Assembly (NCBI GenBank): GCA_963712745.1
Contig: CAVQJC010000020.1
Span: 448,001 to 512,000, forward strand
Source of the DNA: an uncultured Chloroflexia bacterium
GTDB lineage: Bacteria; Chloroflexota; Limnocylindria; Limnocylindrales; CSP1-4
Direction: 5' to 3'
DNA: 64,000 nt
Below are positions 1-9,259 of this stretch, piece after piece. A program made the position numbers and the translations under genes. Under the pieces are notes generated by a model. The model saw nothing but the letters and a program-made list of their open reading frames with translations, searched no databases and had not been told where the DNA came from. Positions within the stretch are counted from its first letter, which is position 1. Each line of letters starts with the position of its first letter.

Positions 1-1168
1 GCATGGCCAGCCCGTACTGTCGCCGTCGGCGAGCCAGGCGAAAGGCCTGGGCCAGCGAGACCGTGACACCGACCGCGATGACGGCCACGATGAGGATGCC
101 GATGAGGCCGGCATCGCGCAGCAGGTACATCGAGAGCCAGCCGACCACGACCAGGAGGGCCGCGGCGGCCAACCAGCGCATCGGGCGAGGCGGCACCATC
201 TCGGGATCCCGCTCGGCGCCAGACTCGGCGGCCACGTCGATCTCGGCCTCCAGCTCGGAGGCTTCGAACTCCAGGCTGTGAGCACGAGCGACGACACTGC
301 GCAGCTGCGCCAGGGGCATATCGGTGGGCAGTTCGCGACGCAACTCGGCCGCCTCGCGCTTCAGCTCGGTCGCGCGCTTGAGGCGCTCCCAGCGCTCGTG
401 CGCCGCGGCGCGACGCTCGGCCAGGTCGGCGGCTCGGCGTACCTCGGCCAGGTCGGCCTGCTCGCGTCTGAGCTTGATCTCCAGCCCCTCCCGGCGCTCG
501 TGAGCGGCGACCCAGGCGGCCCGGTCGGCCTGCAGACGCGTGAGGGCGGCCTCACCGGTCGCGAGCTCCTCCTCGAGCAGGGCGATCTCCGCCCGCGCGG
601 CCTTGAGCAGGCCCGGGTTCTTGTGGCCCTCCGTGCGGTGGCGGTGGATGGCGGCCTCCAGCTTCTTCTTGGCCTGGCCCGTGCCACGGTCGGCACCGCT
701 GATGGCCTTCTGCAGGCGGTCGCCGATGGCCGGCTCCTCGCCGGCGACCGCGTCCAGCTCGCTGTGGCCGACGCTGGCCGTGGCCCTGAAGAAGGCCTCC
801 GTGGGTACGCCGATGGCCTGCGCGATGTGGTCGCCGATCAGCGTGAAGTCGTTGATGACCTCACCGTCAAGCGTCAGCTCGCCCTCGGAGCGGGACCCGC
901 CGAAACGCTTGCGCAACGTGCCCGTCCTGCCCTCGACCTCGAAGTCCAGCTCGACCTCCGGTGGCGACTCCGAGCCCCAAGCCCAGGCCTCGCGCACGTC
1001 GGCGCGGTTGGAGTCGGCCTTGCGGAAGAGGGCCAGCTCGAGAGCCTGCTGGAGGGTCGACTTGCCTGCCTCGTTGGGCCCGCGCACGATGGTCAACCCC
1101 GCTGCCGGCTCGATCTCGAGCGCGTCGTGCGACTTGAAGTGGCTGAGTCGTAGTCGTCGGATGCGCAC
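1..1168 (-). CDS. SMC/Rad50-like (YhaN-type) AAA ATPase, N-terminal part; runs off window
   Basis: Read manually on the minus strand (not in ORF track): GTG start, VRIRRLRLSHFKSHDALEIEPAAGLTIVRGPNEAGKST (Walker A), then a coiled-coil-like stretch and a hydrophobic segment near nt 55-180. Starts 2 nt after the nuclease stop. Confidence 0.85.
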   Translation of the reverse strand, partial: MRIRRLRLSHFKSHDALEIEPAAGLTIVRGPNEAGKSTLQQALELALFRKADSNRADVREAWAWGSESPPEVELDFEVEGRTGTLRKRFGGSRSEGELTLDGEVINDFTLIGDHIAQAIGVPTEAFFRATASVGHSELDAVAGEEPAIGDRLQKAISGADRGTGQAKKKLEAAIHRHRTEGHKNPGLLKAARAEIALLEEELATGEAALTRLQADRAAWVAAHERREGLEIKLRREQADLAEVRRAADLAERRAAAHERWERLKRATELKREAAELRRELPTDMPLAQLRSVVARAHSLEFEASELEAEIDVAAESGAERDPEMVPPRPMRWLAAAALLVVVGWLSMYLLRDAGLIGILIVAVIAVGVTVSLAQAFRLARRRRQYGLAM

Positions 1169-1170
1169 GG

Positions 1171-2349
1171 CTAGGGCAGGCTCACGTGGCCCGGATCGTC
1201 GAGCAGCAGGCGCCGGCCCAGGCGCAGGATCTGCCGAGCCTGTTCGGCCGTCTCGTCGTCGCCCTTGGCCTCCGCCGCCGCGATGCGCGACTCGAGGTCG
1301 GCTACGAACCGTCCGGCCACGGTGTCCTCCGGCAGGTCGGGGCCGTCGGTGAGGTCGGCCACAGTACGATCGCGGACACGGATGTGCAGGAAGGACGACG
1401 CCAGCCCTCGTTCGACCTCATCGGTATCGATCTCGAGCGTGTCGGGCGCGATGCCCTCGATCGAGACCTGCAGCACGAGGTCGGCGTCGGCCGACTCATG
1501 CAGGCGTTCGATGAGCTGGGCCTGACTGGCCAATTCGCCGACGTCGATGCGCTCGTGGCGGAAGATGGTGCGGCCTACGGGCACCTTCTCGACGCGCACG
1601 CTGCTGGCACCGCCGACACCATCCTCGAGGCGTACCAGGCAAGCGAACCCGGCACCGTCCTGGTCGACGGCCACCGGCTCGGGCGCGCCCGAGTAGGCCC
1701 AGGTGGTGCCACCGGCCCGGCCGGTCGAGAACGAGTGCCAGTGACCCAGAGCCAGGTAGTCGAGGCCGCTGGCGGCGATCTCCTCGTCGCTGAAGATGAC
1801 GTCGTCCCGGTCGACCTTGCCGGGGATACGGCGCGAGCCGTGGATCATGCCGACCTTCCAGCTCGCGCGGTCGTCAGCCCGAACGTCGAAGCCCTCGAAC
1901 GGACTGCGGGGCGCGCGCTTGGTGGCGAAGACACGTCCGTAGACGATGAGGTCGAGCTCGCCGATGAGGAGCTCGGGCCGTTCCGGGGTAAGCACCGTCA
2001 GCAGGTCACTGCCTGCTGACAGACCGGCCAGCCGGGCGAGGTCGAAGGCGCGGTAGATGGAGCGGCCGTCGTAGACATCGTGCGTGCCAGGGATGATGAC
2101 CACGCGCACACCGGCAGCGGTCAACCGCTTCAACTGGGCCACGGCCGATTCCACCGAGCGGCGGGGCTGGGCGTTCGAATCGAAGAGGTCACCGCAGATC
2201 AGCGCCGCATCGACGTCGGCCTTCAGGCCTTCGTCGATGGCACGGCCGAAGGCGGCCATCTGGCGCTCGCGCTGTCGTGCGGCGGCGGCACCCATGTCGG
2301 CGTGGCGCGCGCCGAGGTGGATGTCGGCCAGGTGAAGCAACAGCGGCAT
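1171..2349 (-). CDS. Mre11/SbcD-family DNA repair exonuclease (metallophosphoesterase)
   Basis: Motifs ADIHLG, GDLFD, PGTHD, IHG, ALGHWH; AAGGAG RBS upstream of ATG at 2349. Confidence 0.9.
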   Translation of the reverse strand: MPLLLHLADIHLGARHADMGAAAARQRERQMAAFGRAIDEGLKADVDAALICGDLFDSNAQPRRSVESAVAQLKRLTAAGVRVVIIPGTHDVYDGRSIYRAFDLARLAGLSAGSDLLTVLTPERPELLIGELDLIVYGRVFATKRAPRSPFEGFDVRADDRASWKVGMIHGSRRIPGKVDRDDVIFSDEEIAASGLDYLALGHWHSFSTGRAGGTTWAYSGAPEPVAVDQDGAGFACLVRLEDGVGGASSVRVEKVPVGRTIFRHERIDVGELASQAQLIERLHESADADLVLQVSIEGIAPDTLEIDTDEVERGLASSFLHIRVRDRTVADLTDGPDLPEDTVAGRFVADLESRIAAAEAKGDDETAEQARQILRLGRRLLLDDPGHVSLP

Positions 2350-2746
2350 GTGTGTGACGTGCTCCTTCATCCCAGGTCCATCGGACCGCTGCGTGGCAGG
2401 CCAGCGGTACTCGCGACGACGGCCCCATTGTGCCATCGCACCCTCGGCCCGACGCCGCTACCACGGTCCCTCGGTGTGGCGGTACTCCCGGCGGGCAAGG
2501 TTGTGGCGGCGGCCGAGGGTGAGGGGCAGACCCCTGCATGGGAAGGCTGCCGTTGCCGGTTCGGCGGGCTCGGTGTAACCTCCCCCGAGCATTCCGGTGC
2601 GCCCCACCAGAACGGGACCTCGGGACAGAACTGGGACATGCGGCGCCCGGCACTCCAGACGCCAACGCCCTTCTGTTTCAGGCTGCCCGAGGCGGGGTCT
2701 TGCCGGACCAGAGATGCCAGTCTTTCGTGCCCCAGGAGGTCACCAG

Positions 2747-3112
2747 GTGTCGTACACGGATCGGACCCTTACATGCGTCGACTGCAGCGTGGAGTTCATC
2801 CACTCCGCTGCCGACCAGGAGTTCTATGCAGAGAAGGGGTTCGTGTCCGATCCCAAGCGCTGCCCCAGCTGCCGCGCAGCCCGGCGGTCCATGCGTGAGT
2901 CCGGTGGCTACGACTCCCGTGACATCGGTGGCCCACGCGGCTACGAACGTGGCGACTACCGGGCCCCGCGCGAGTACTTCGCGGTCATCTGCTCCGAGTG
3001 CGGCAATGCCGCGCAGGTGCCCTTCAAGCCGCGTATGGACAAGCCGGTCTACTGCTCTGACTGCTTCCGCACGGTCCAGGCCCGCAACGCCGAGCAGGCG
3101 GAGACCGCCTGA
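2747..3112 (+). CDS. CxxC-x17-CxxC / zinc-ribbon domain protein
   Basis: DRTLTCVDC...FYAEKGF...PKRCPSCR and CSECG...VPFKP...PVYCSDCF; AGGAGG RBS before GTG at 2747. Confidence 0.85.
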   Translation: MSYTDRTLTCVDCSVEFIHSAADQEFYAEKGFVSDPKRCPSCRAARRSMRESGGYDSRDIGGPRGYERGDYRAPREYFAVICSECGNAAQVPFKPRMDKPVYCSDCFRTVQARNAEQAETA

Positions 3113-3260
3113 CGCCACGACCACTCCGGGACACAGACCCGGCCGCTCCGGCGACGGGGCGGCCTTGCGGATTCTGCTGGACGGTCGGTCCTTCGGCCGG
3201 GAGCCCGTCCTCCGGCCGGGGCCGATCTTCCGACCGGATCGTCGAGAGTACGGATGAAAG

Positions 3261-3266
3261 TGTCAA
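3261..3266 (-). promoter_or_regulatory. Outward-facing -35 hexamer TTGACA in the IS110 right end
   Basis: Perfect TTGACA overlapping the transposase stop codon. In the circular junction it lies 17 nt from TATGAA (4689-4684). Confidence 0.7.
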
Positions 3267-4471
3267 GCCCCGGGCGTGGGTATACCCTCTGGACGGACGC
3301 GGTCGACCGCCTGGCGAAGGGTGGGGTGATGGGGATCGTCCCCACCGCGCAGCCTTGTCCGGCCCAGGTCGTGACTCGAACCAAGCGCTCCCCGTTGCGG
3401 CGACCGCGTCCCGGACACCTCCCGGCCGGCCAGCCGCTCGAGCGCGCGCCGCTTGGTACGCGCCAGGTCCGGTCGGGCATCCCGGTAGTCCTGGTCCTTG
3501 GTGAGCAGGTGCCAGGCGATGATCGCGAGCTTGCGGGCGACCGCGATGATGGCCACGCCGCCACCGCGGCGTGCCTTGATCCGGGCATGGAAGCCCGCGA
3601 GCGGTCCGGGCGAGCGGATGGCCGCATGGGCGGCCTCGGTCAGCAGACCCCGCGCATGCGCTTGGCCGGCCCGGCTGATGTGGCCACCCCATGCGGGTCG
3701 ATCCCCCGACTGGTGCACGCGGGGATCGAGCCCGAGGTAGCTCACCAGCTTGGCCGGTCGGCCGAACCGGGAGACGTCGCCGATGACCGCGAGCAGGCTT
3801 GCGGCGGTGACGAGCCCGATGCCCGGGATGGTCAGCAGCCGGTGCACCCGGGGGTCGTCGACCACCATGGCCGCGATGGCCCCGTCCGCGGCCCCGATCT
3901 CCTCACCCAGGAGCGCCTCGAACCGGAGCGCCGAGTCCAGGCCCAGTCGCTCCTCGGGTGGCAGCTCGAGCCCGCCCAGCCAGCGTCGCCCGGCCACCCC
4001 GAAGGGGTCGGTGGCGGGGCACCGCAGCAGGCGGCGCGACACGATCGCCGTCACCCGGTTGCGGGTCGCGGTCCGGTCGCGCACGAGGCCCGCCCGGTGG
4101 GCCACCAGCCGGCGCAGGGAGCGGGTGGTCGCGTCTGGCACCCACACCTCGGGCAGGTAGTCGGCGGCGAGCAGCTCCGCCAGGGTCGCGGCGTCGATGT
4201 CATCGGTCTTGCGCTTGGCCTCCGCGATGGCCCGGGTGCGGAGCGGGTTGGACACCACCACCCTGCCGGCATGCCGGCCCAGCAGCTCCGCGAGCGCCCA
4301 GGTGTTCGTGGACGCCTCCAGGGCGACCACGTCGTGAGGACCGAGCGTCGCGGCGAAGTCCCGGAACGGGTCGCCCATGGCGACCCTGGGCAGCCTCCGT
4401 GCCGACCCCTTCTGCTCCACCACTGCGACGTGGGCGAAGTCGCGTCCCACATCGAGTCCGACGTATCGCAT
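3263..4471 (-). CDS. IS110-family (DEDD RuvC-like) transposase/recombinase
   Basis: MRYVGLDV (D), VALEAS (E), KTDDIDA (DD), LLTIPGIG, and YLGLDPRVHQSG (Tnp-domain serine); GGAAGGAGG RBS before ATG at 4471. Confidence 0.95.
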   Translation of the reverse strand: MRYVGLDVGRDFAHVAVVEQKGSARRLPRVAMGDPFRDFAATLGPHDVVALEASTNTWALAELLGRHAGRVVVSNPLRTRAIAEAKRKTDDIDAATLAELLAADYLPEVWVPDATTRSLRRLVAHRAGLVRDRTATRNRVTAIVSRRLLRCPATDPFGVAGRRWLGGLELPPEERLGLDSALRFEALLGEEIGAADGAIAAMVVDDPRVHRLLTIPGIGLVTAASLLAVIGDVSRFGRPAKLVSYLGLDPRVHQSGDRPAWGGHISRAGQAHARGLLTEAAHAAIRSPGPLAGFHARIKARRGGGVAIIAVARKLAIIAWHLLTKDQDYRDARPDLARTKRRALERLAGREVSGTRSPQRGALGSSHDLGRTRLRGGDDPHHPTLRQAVDRVRPEGIPTPGA

Positions 4472-4504
4472 CGAGGGCCTCCTTCCCCGATCGGACGATG
4501 GACA

Positions 4505-4677
4505 CCTGGAAGGGCGACACGACACCTACGGATCCGTGCTCAAGGCACAACCGGTCAAGTCGCAGGGGCGGCCAGATAGACTCTCGGACTCTCACGTCCA
4601 CTACGCTCACGGCCCGCCCTCTGGTGTCCCACGAGCCCCTGTCCGGTGGCATCAGCCTACCGATACAGGTGGCCCTA
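4505..4677 (-). ncRNA. Putative IS110 bridge RNA (target-binding loop 4570-4614, donor-binding loop 4520-4562); ends approximate
   Basis: Two stem/internal-loop/hairpin modules whose loop strands match target flank and donor end sequences, plus an enclosing helix CAGGGGC/GCCCCTG (4641-4635 with 4569-4563). Confidence 0.8.
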
Positions 4678-4777
4678 GGCACGTTCATACCCGATAGACT
4701 CGAAAGCGACGCGTTCCCCAGCGCCCGGACCGAGTCACGAGAGGGTCACGAGACCGACGCCACGAGGTAGAGCCGCC

Positions 4778-6353
4778 ATGACCGACCAGCCGCGCACCAA
4801 GATCACCTACGCCACGCTGCGCGCGGACAACGCGGAGCTGCACGCCGCCTTCGAGGAGGCACTGGTGGCGGCTCGCGCCCGCCTCGGCGGCGGCCATCCC
4901 AATGTCATCGGCGGAAAGGAACGCAGCGGTGCGGGCGAGTCCGAGCTGCGCTCCCCCATCGACTCCGACATCCTCGTCGGACGCTTCGCCAACGCCACAC
5001 GGCAGGACGTGGGCGATGCCATCGCCGCTGCCCGGGCCGCCCAGCCAGCCTGGAACGCTCTTGGCTGGGAGAAGCGAGTCGACGATCATGACCGCCGTGG
5101 GCGACCTCATCAGCGAGCGGCTCATGGAGTACGGCGCGCTGATGGCCATCGAGGTGGGCAAGAACCGCCTGGAGGCATTGGGTGAGGTCGAGGAGAGCGC
5201 CGACCTCATCCGTTACTACGCCCGCATCGCGGTCGAGAACGAGTTCTACGTCAAGCCCATGGACAACCTGGGCGACCCCGCCACACATACCCGCTCGGTA
5301 CTGCGTCCGCACGGTGTGTTCGGCGTCATCGCACCCTTCAACTTCCCCATGGCCCTGGCCGCCGGTCCGGTCGGCGCCGCACTGGTGGCCGGCAATACCT
5401 GTGTCTTCAAGCCGGCCCGCGCGGGTGCCATGAGCGGCGTGCTGCTGATGGAGACTCTGCGCGACGCAGGTGTGCCCGACGGCGTGTGCAACCTGGTCAT
5501 GGGTCCGGGCGAGACCGTGGGCGACGAGCTCACGAGGAGCGCAGACATCGACGGCATCGTCTTCACCGGCTCGTACGAAGTGGGCATGGGCCTGCAGCGC
5601 GGTTTCACGCAGGCATATCCGCGCCCCTGCATCGTCGAGATGGGTGGCAAGAACCCGGCCATCGTGATGAAGAGCGCCGATCTGGAGAAGGCTGCCGAGG
5701 GCATCATGCGCTCGGCCTTCGGCTTCGGCGGCCAGAAGTGCTCCGCCAACAGCCGGGTCTACGTCGAGCGACCGGTGCATGACGAGCTGGTCCAGCGGCT
5801 GGTCGAGATCACCGAGCGGCTGACCGTGGGTGATCCGCTGCTGCGAGAGAACTTCATGGGCCCGGTCACCGACCAGCGTGCGCTGGACCGTTTCAGGCAG
5901 GCGGTGGCTGAAGCCCGCCGAGACGGCACGGTCTTCACCGGCGGCGAGGTCCTCACCCAAGGCGACCTGGCACGCGGCTTCTACGTCGAACCTACCGTCG
6001 TGGGCAACCTGCCGGCCGACCACCGGCTCTTCCGCGACGAGCTCTTCGTGCCCTTCACCGCGGTCCTGCCGGTCGAAACGCTCGACGAGGCGCTCGGTCT
6101 CTCGAACGCGGTCGTCTACGGCCTTACGGCCGGCATCTACAGCGAGGTCGACGACGAGGTCGAGCGGTTCCTCGACGGCATCCACACCGGCGTGCTCTAT
6201 GTCAACCGCCGGGCCGGTGCCACCACCGGTGCCTGGCCTGGCGTGCAGCCGTTCGGCGGCTGGAAGGGCTCGGGCTCGACGGGCAAGGCCGCCCTGGGCC
6301 CGTACTACGTGGCCCAGTTCCTGCGCGAGCAGTCGCACACCATCGTCGACTGA
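4778..6353 (+). CDS. Aldehyde dehydrogenase, 1-pyrroline-5-carboxylate dehydrogenase-like; frameshift near 5080
   Basis: PFNFP, FTGS, EMGGKN, GQKCSA, ELFVP, QPFGGWKGSG. The N-terminus (4778 ORF) and the rest (4902 ORF) are in different frames. Confidence 0.8.
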
Positions 6354-6408
6354 CGGCGAAGCGGACAGGCCGCCCGCGGCTATCGGACGGACACCGCGGA
6401 GGCGGGCG

Positions 6409-7224
6409 CTAGTCGGCGGACACCAGCTCCCAGGCGTCGACGATGTCGGCGGGGTCGGGTCGGGCCAGATCGATGGGCTCGCCGAAGCTGGAGAGCTCGT
6501 AGGCGACAGCGGCCAGGCCCACCTGGTCGCCAAGCGAGACCGGCATGTCGTAGGTGATACCCGTGATGTAGCCGTCGGCGTCCAGCCAGGCTTCGGCGCG
6601 GTCGACGTCGGCATTCGCCTTTCGCAGTCCGGCGAGGTTCTCCCCGTACGCCGGCAACAACCACCTGGGCAGCTGGTCACGCACCAGACCGAGATCTATT
6701 GGCACCTCGATGTGGGTCACTTCCACGCCATCGACCATCTCCCTGCCGAGGACCTCGATGGCACCGTCCACGCCCACGAGCCAGTACAGGGCGAGCGCGG
6801 CATCGCTGCCGATCTCGAAGCTGGCCTGCATCTCGCCGAACCCGGGAGGGGCCGCGGAGAGGTCGACGTGGAGCCATTCGCTCGGCGAGAGCAGACCACC
6901 GACCGTCATCCCTCGCAGATACATGTCACGTCCCTCGACGATGAAGGAGAACGAGCCGAGCTCGACCATCTCACCCTCCAGCCAGGCCTCCAGCTCCTCA
7001 CCGAACGAGACCTGGCCCTCCGCATCAAGGATGAGCACGGGCTCGATGCCGGCGGCCGGAACCTCGATCATCACCCGCACCCCGATGCCCACGGTCTCAC
7101 TCGCGAGCGTGCGCTCGACCGCTCGCGCCAGAGCGGCGGGCTCGACGGCGGGCTCGGTAGCTACGGTCGATGCGGCGGTCGTAGCCAGCAGCAACGCGAC
7201 CGAGAGCGGCCAGGTGATACGCAT
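6409..7224 (-). CDS. Secreted protein, possibly LppX/LprAFG-like fold
   Basis: Signal-peptide-like N-terminus; GREMVDGVEVTH, AWLDADG, FGEPIDL..P pattern. Confidence 0.55.
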   Translation of the reverse strand: MRITWPLSVALLLATTAASTVATEPAVEPAALARAVERTLASETVGIGVRVMIEVPAAGIEPVLILDAEGQVSFGEELEAWLEGEMVELGSFSFIVEGRDMYLRGMTVGGLLSPSEWLHVDLSAAPPGFGEMQASFEIGSDAALALYWLVGVDGAIEVLGREMVDGVEVTHIEVPIDLGLVRDQLPRWLLPAYGENLAGLRKANADVDRAEAWLDADGYITGITYDMPVSLGDQVGLAAVAYELSSFGEPIDLARPDPADIVDAWELVSAD

Positions 7225-7397
7225 GGCTTGTCTCCCTGCAGGCCGCCAGCGTGTCGGTGAGCGAACGTGGCGTCGAGAGCCACTCGGCAGGTGGTGCCCC
7301 CTGGTCGGTGGCGCACAGGGACCGTGACAAGCCCCGTATACTCCCTATCCACCGTGCATACATCCGATACAGAGGGACATCGATCGAAGGAGGGGAC

Positions 7398-8754
7398 GTG
7401 ACCCTGTCAAAGCTCATCGACATCGACCAGGCCGTCGCGCCCCGCCTGGTGACCGAGGTGCCCGGACCGCGCGCCCGCGCGCACGTGGCCTACGACCGTA
7501 CCTGGTCGTCGCCGAGCCTTCCCCGCGTCTACCCCTTCGTGCCGGTGCGCGGTAAGGGCGCCACCGTCGAGGACATCGACGGCAACCTGTTCATCGACTT
7601 CTGTGCCGGCATCGCCGTCAACTCCACTGGCCACTCACACCCCGCGGTCATCGAGGCCATCAAGGCCCAGGCCGAAGAGCTCGTGCACTACAGCGCGTCC
7701 GACTTCTACCCACCCACCTACGCGCGCATGTGCGAGGCCATCGCCGAGACCGCGCCCATCAGCGGTCCGGTACGCGTCTTCCTGGGTAACAGCGGGGCTG
7801 AAGCGGTCGAGGCGGCCATGAAGCTCGCGCGCGTGGCGACCGGTCGCCACGCCGTCGTCTCGTTCCTGGGCGGGTTCCACGGGCGCACCATGGGCGCGGT
7901 CACCTTGACCGCCTCGAAGGCCGCCTATCACGCCGGCCTGGCACCCCTGGTCAACGGCATCTTCCACGCTCCGTACGGCCACGCCTCCGACCTGGCCTGG
8001 TTCGACGAGGTGCTCTTCGACAAGGTCGTGCCGGCCGACGAGGTTGCGGCCGTCATCGTCGAGCCGGTGCAGGGCGAGGGCGGCTACGTCGTGCCCGAGG
8101 CCGGCTTCCTGCAGGGCCTGCGCGAGCTGTGCGACCGACACGGCATCCTGCTCATCGCCGACGAGATCCAGTCGGGCGCCGGGCGCACCGGCACGATGTG
8201 GGCCGTGGAACACTTCGGCGTCGAGCCCGACATGCTGCTCAGCGCCAAGGGCATCGCATCGGGCATGCCGCTCTCGGCCGTCGTGGCCAAGGCGCCCATC
8301 CTGGAGGTCTGGGACGCAGGCGCTCACGGCTCGACCTACGGTGGCAATCCCGTCGCCTGCGCGGCTGGGATCGTCACCATCGAGTTGCTGCGGAGCGGAC
8401 TCATCGAGAATGCCACCGCGCGTGGCCAACAGGGCCTCGCCGGACTGCGCCAGATTCTCCGCGGCGTTCCCCCAGAGCGTGGTCGATGTGCGCGGACTGG
8501 GCCTGATGCTGGCCCTGGAACTGGCCACGCCGCAGCTGGCCAAGGCACTCGAGTACGAGGCCTTCAGGCGCGGCCTGCTGGTCCTCGGCTGCGGCCACAA
8601 GTCCGTGCGCATCTCGCCCCCGCTGGTCATCGACGAAGTCACCATGGCCAACGGGCTGCGCGTGCTCGAGGACGCGCTGTCGGCAGTCGCGCGTGCCGAC
8701 ATCGAGGGCGGCCCGGTCGCCGACGTCGTCACCTTCGGCCGATCTCGGGGCTAG
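7398..8754 (+). CDS. Class III PLP aminotransferase (GabT/ArgD-like); frameshift near 8455
   Basis: DIDGN.FIDF, NSGAEAVE, FHGRT, EPVQGEGG, DEIQSG.GRTG, SAKGIASG. The C-terminal DVRGLGLM segment is in another frame (ORF 8044-8754). Confidence 0.85.
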
Positions 8755-9259
8755 AGCGGTCGAAGCGTAGAGCGGCAGCTCAGTCGGCCGTTCGGAACGT
8801 AGCGCCCGGGTCAGCCCCGCTGGTCTACGCAGAGTCAGGGAGTGCCCAGGGTCGACTCCTCCAGGCTGCACGCATCGGCTGGCTGGTCACAGTGGCCCTT
8901 CGAACGGGGACCGAGCGGGGGTCGGACGGGACCCGGGCGAGTCCGGTTGGTCCGGTGAATGGGAGCCACGCCGACTGATCGGCAGTCGCAGGGCCCTTCT
9001 GTCCGGGGCGCGACGATAGACCTTGGTACCCCGGTCGTACGACCCAAGTACCCGCCAGACCGGTTCGCCGACGCACCACCTCGGCCATTGGGTGACGACT
9101 TGGGCGGTTAGTGGTAGTAGCCCGGCCGGGACCCGGCTGATAAACCTTTGGTACTGCCTCCCCCCTGACGTCAGGGCCGAACCTCTCCAGGCTCCGCGGA
9201 CCTCTCCCGCAGCCTCCGGCTCAGGCGACCTCCCAGGGGGCAATGAACGGAGGAACGCG

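Larger units (their letters stand above)
3249..4696 (-). mobile_element. IS110-family insertion sequence; boundaries inferred at the TA core dinucleotides (3249-3250 and 4695-4696)
   Basis: Contains an IS110 recombinase, a long upstream non-coding end and a very short downstream end. No terminal inverted repeats or long target duplication. Both junctions share TA, and the junction sequences recur in the internal RNA loops. Confidence 0.85.

Noticed and set aside
1-2349. Named SMC-based defence system (Wadjet or Lamassu)
   Set aside because: No jetA/B/D or effector genes are visible and the ATPase is truncated by the window edge; an SbcD plus YhaN-like pair is the simpler reading.
3245-4700. 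CT, ATC or CG as the IS110 core instead of TA
   Set aside because: Only TA puts both 7-nt guide matches flush with the core and gives a 17-nt promoter spacer. The alternatives are not formally excluded without an empty allele.
8760-9259. c-di-GMP riboswitch upstream of the tad genes
   Set aside because: I could not find the GGCAAAC/GAAA tetraloop-receptor consensus by eye; an Rfam scan would settle it.
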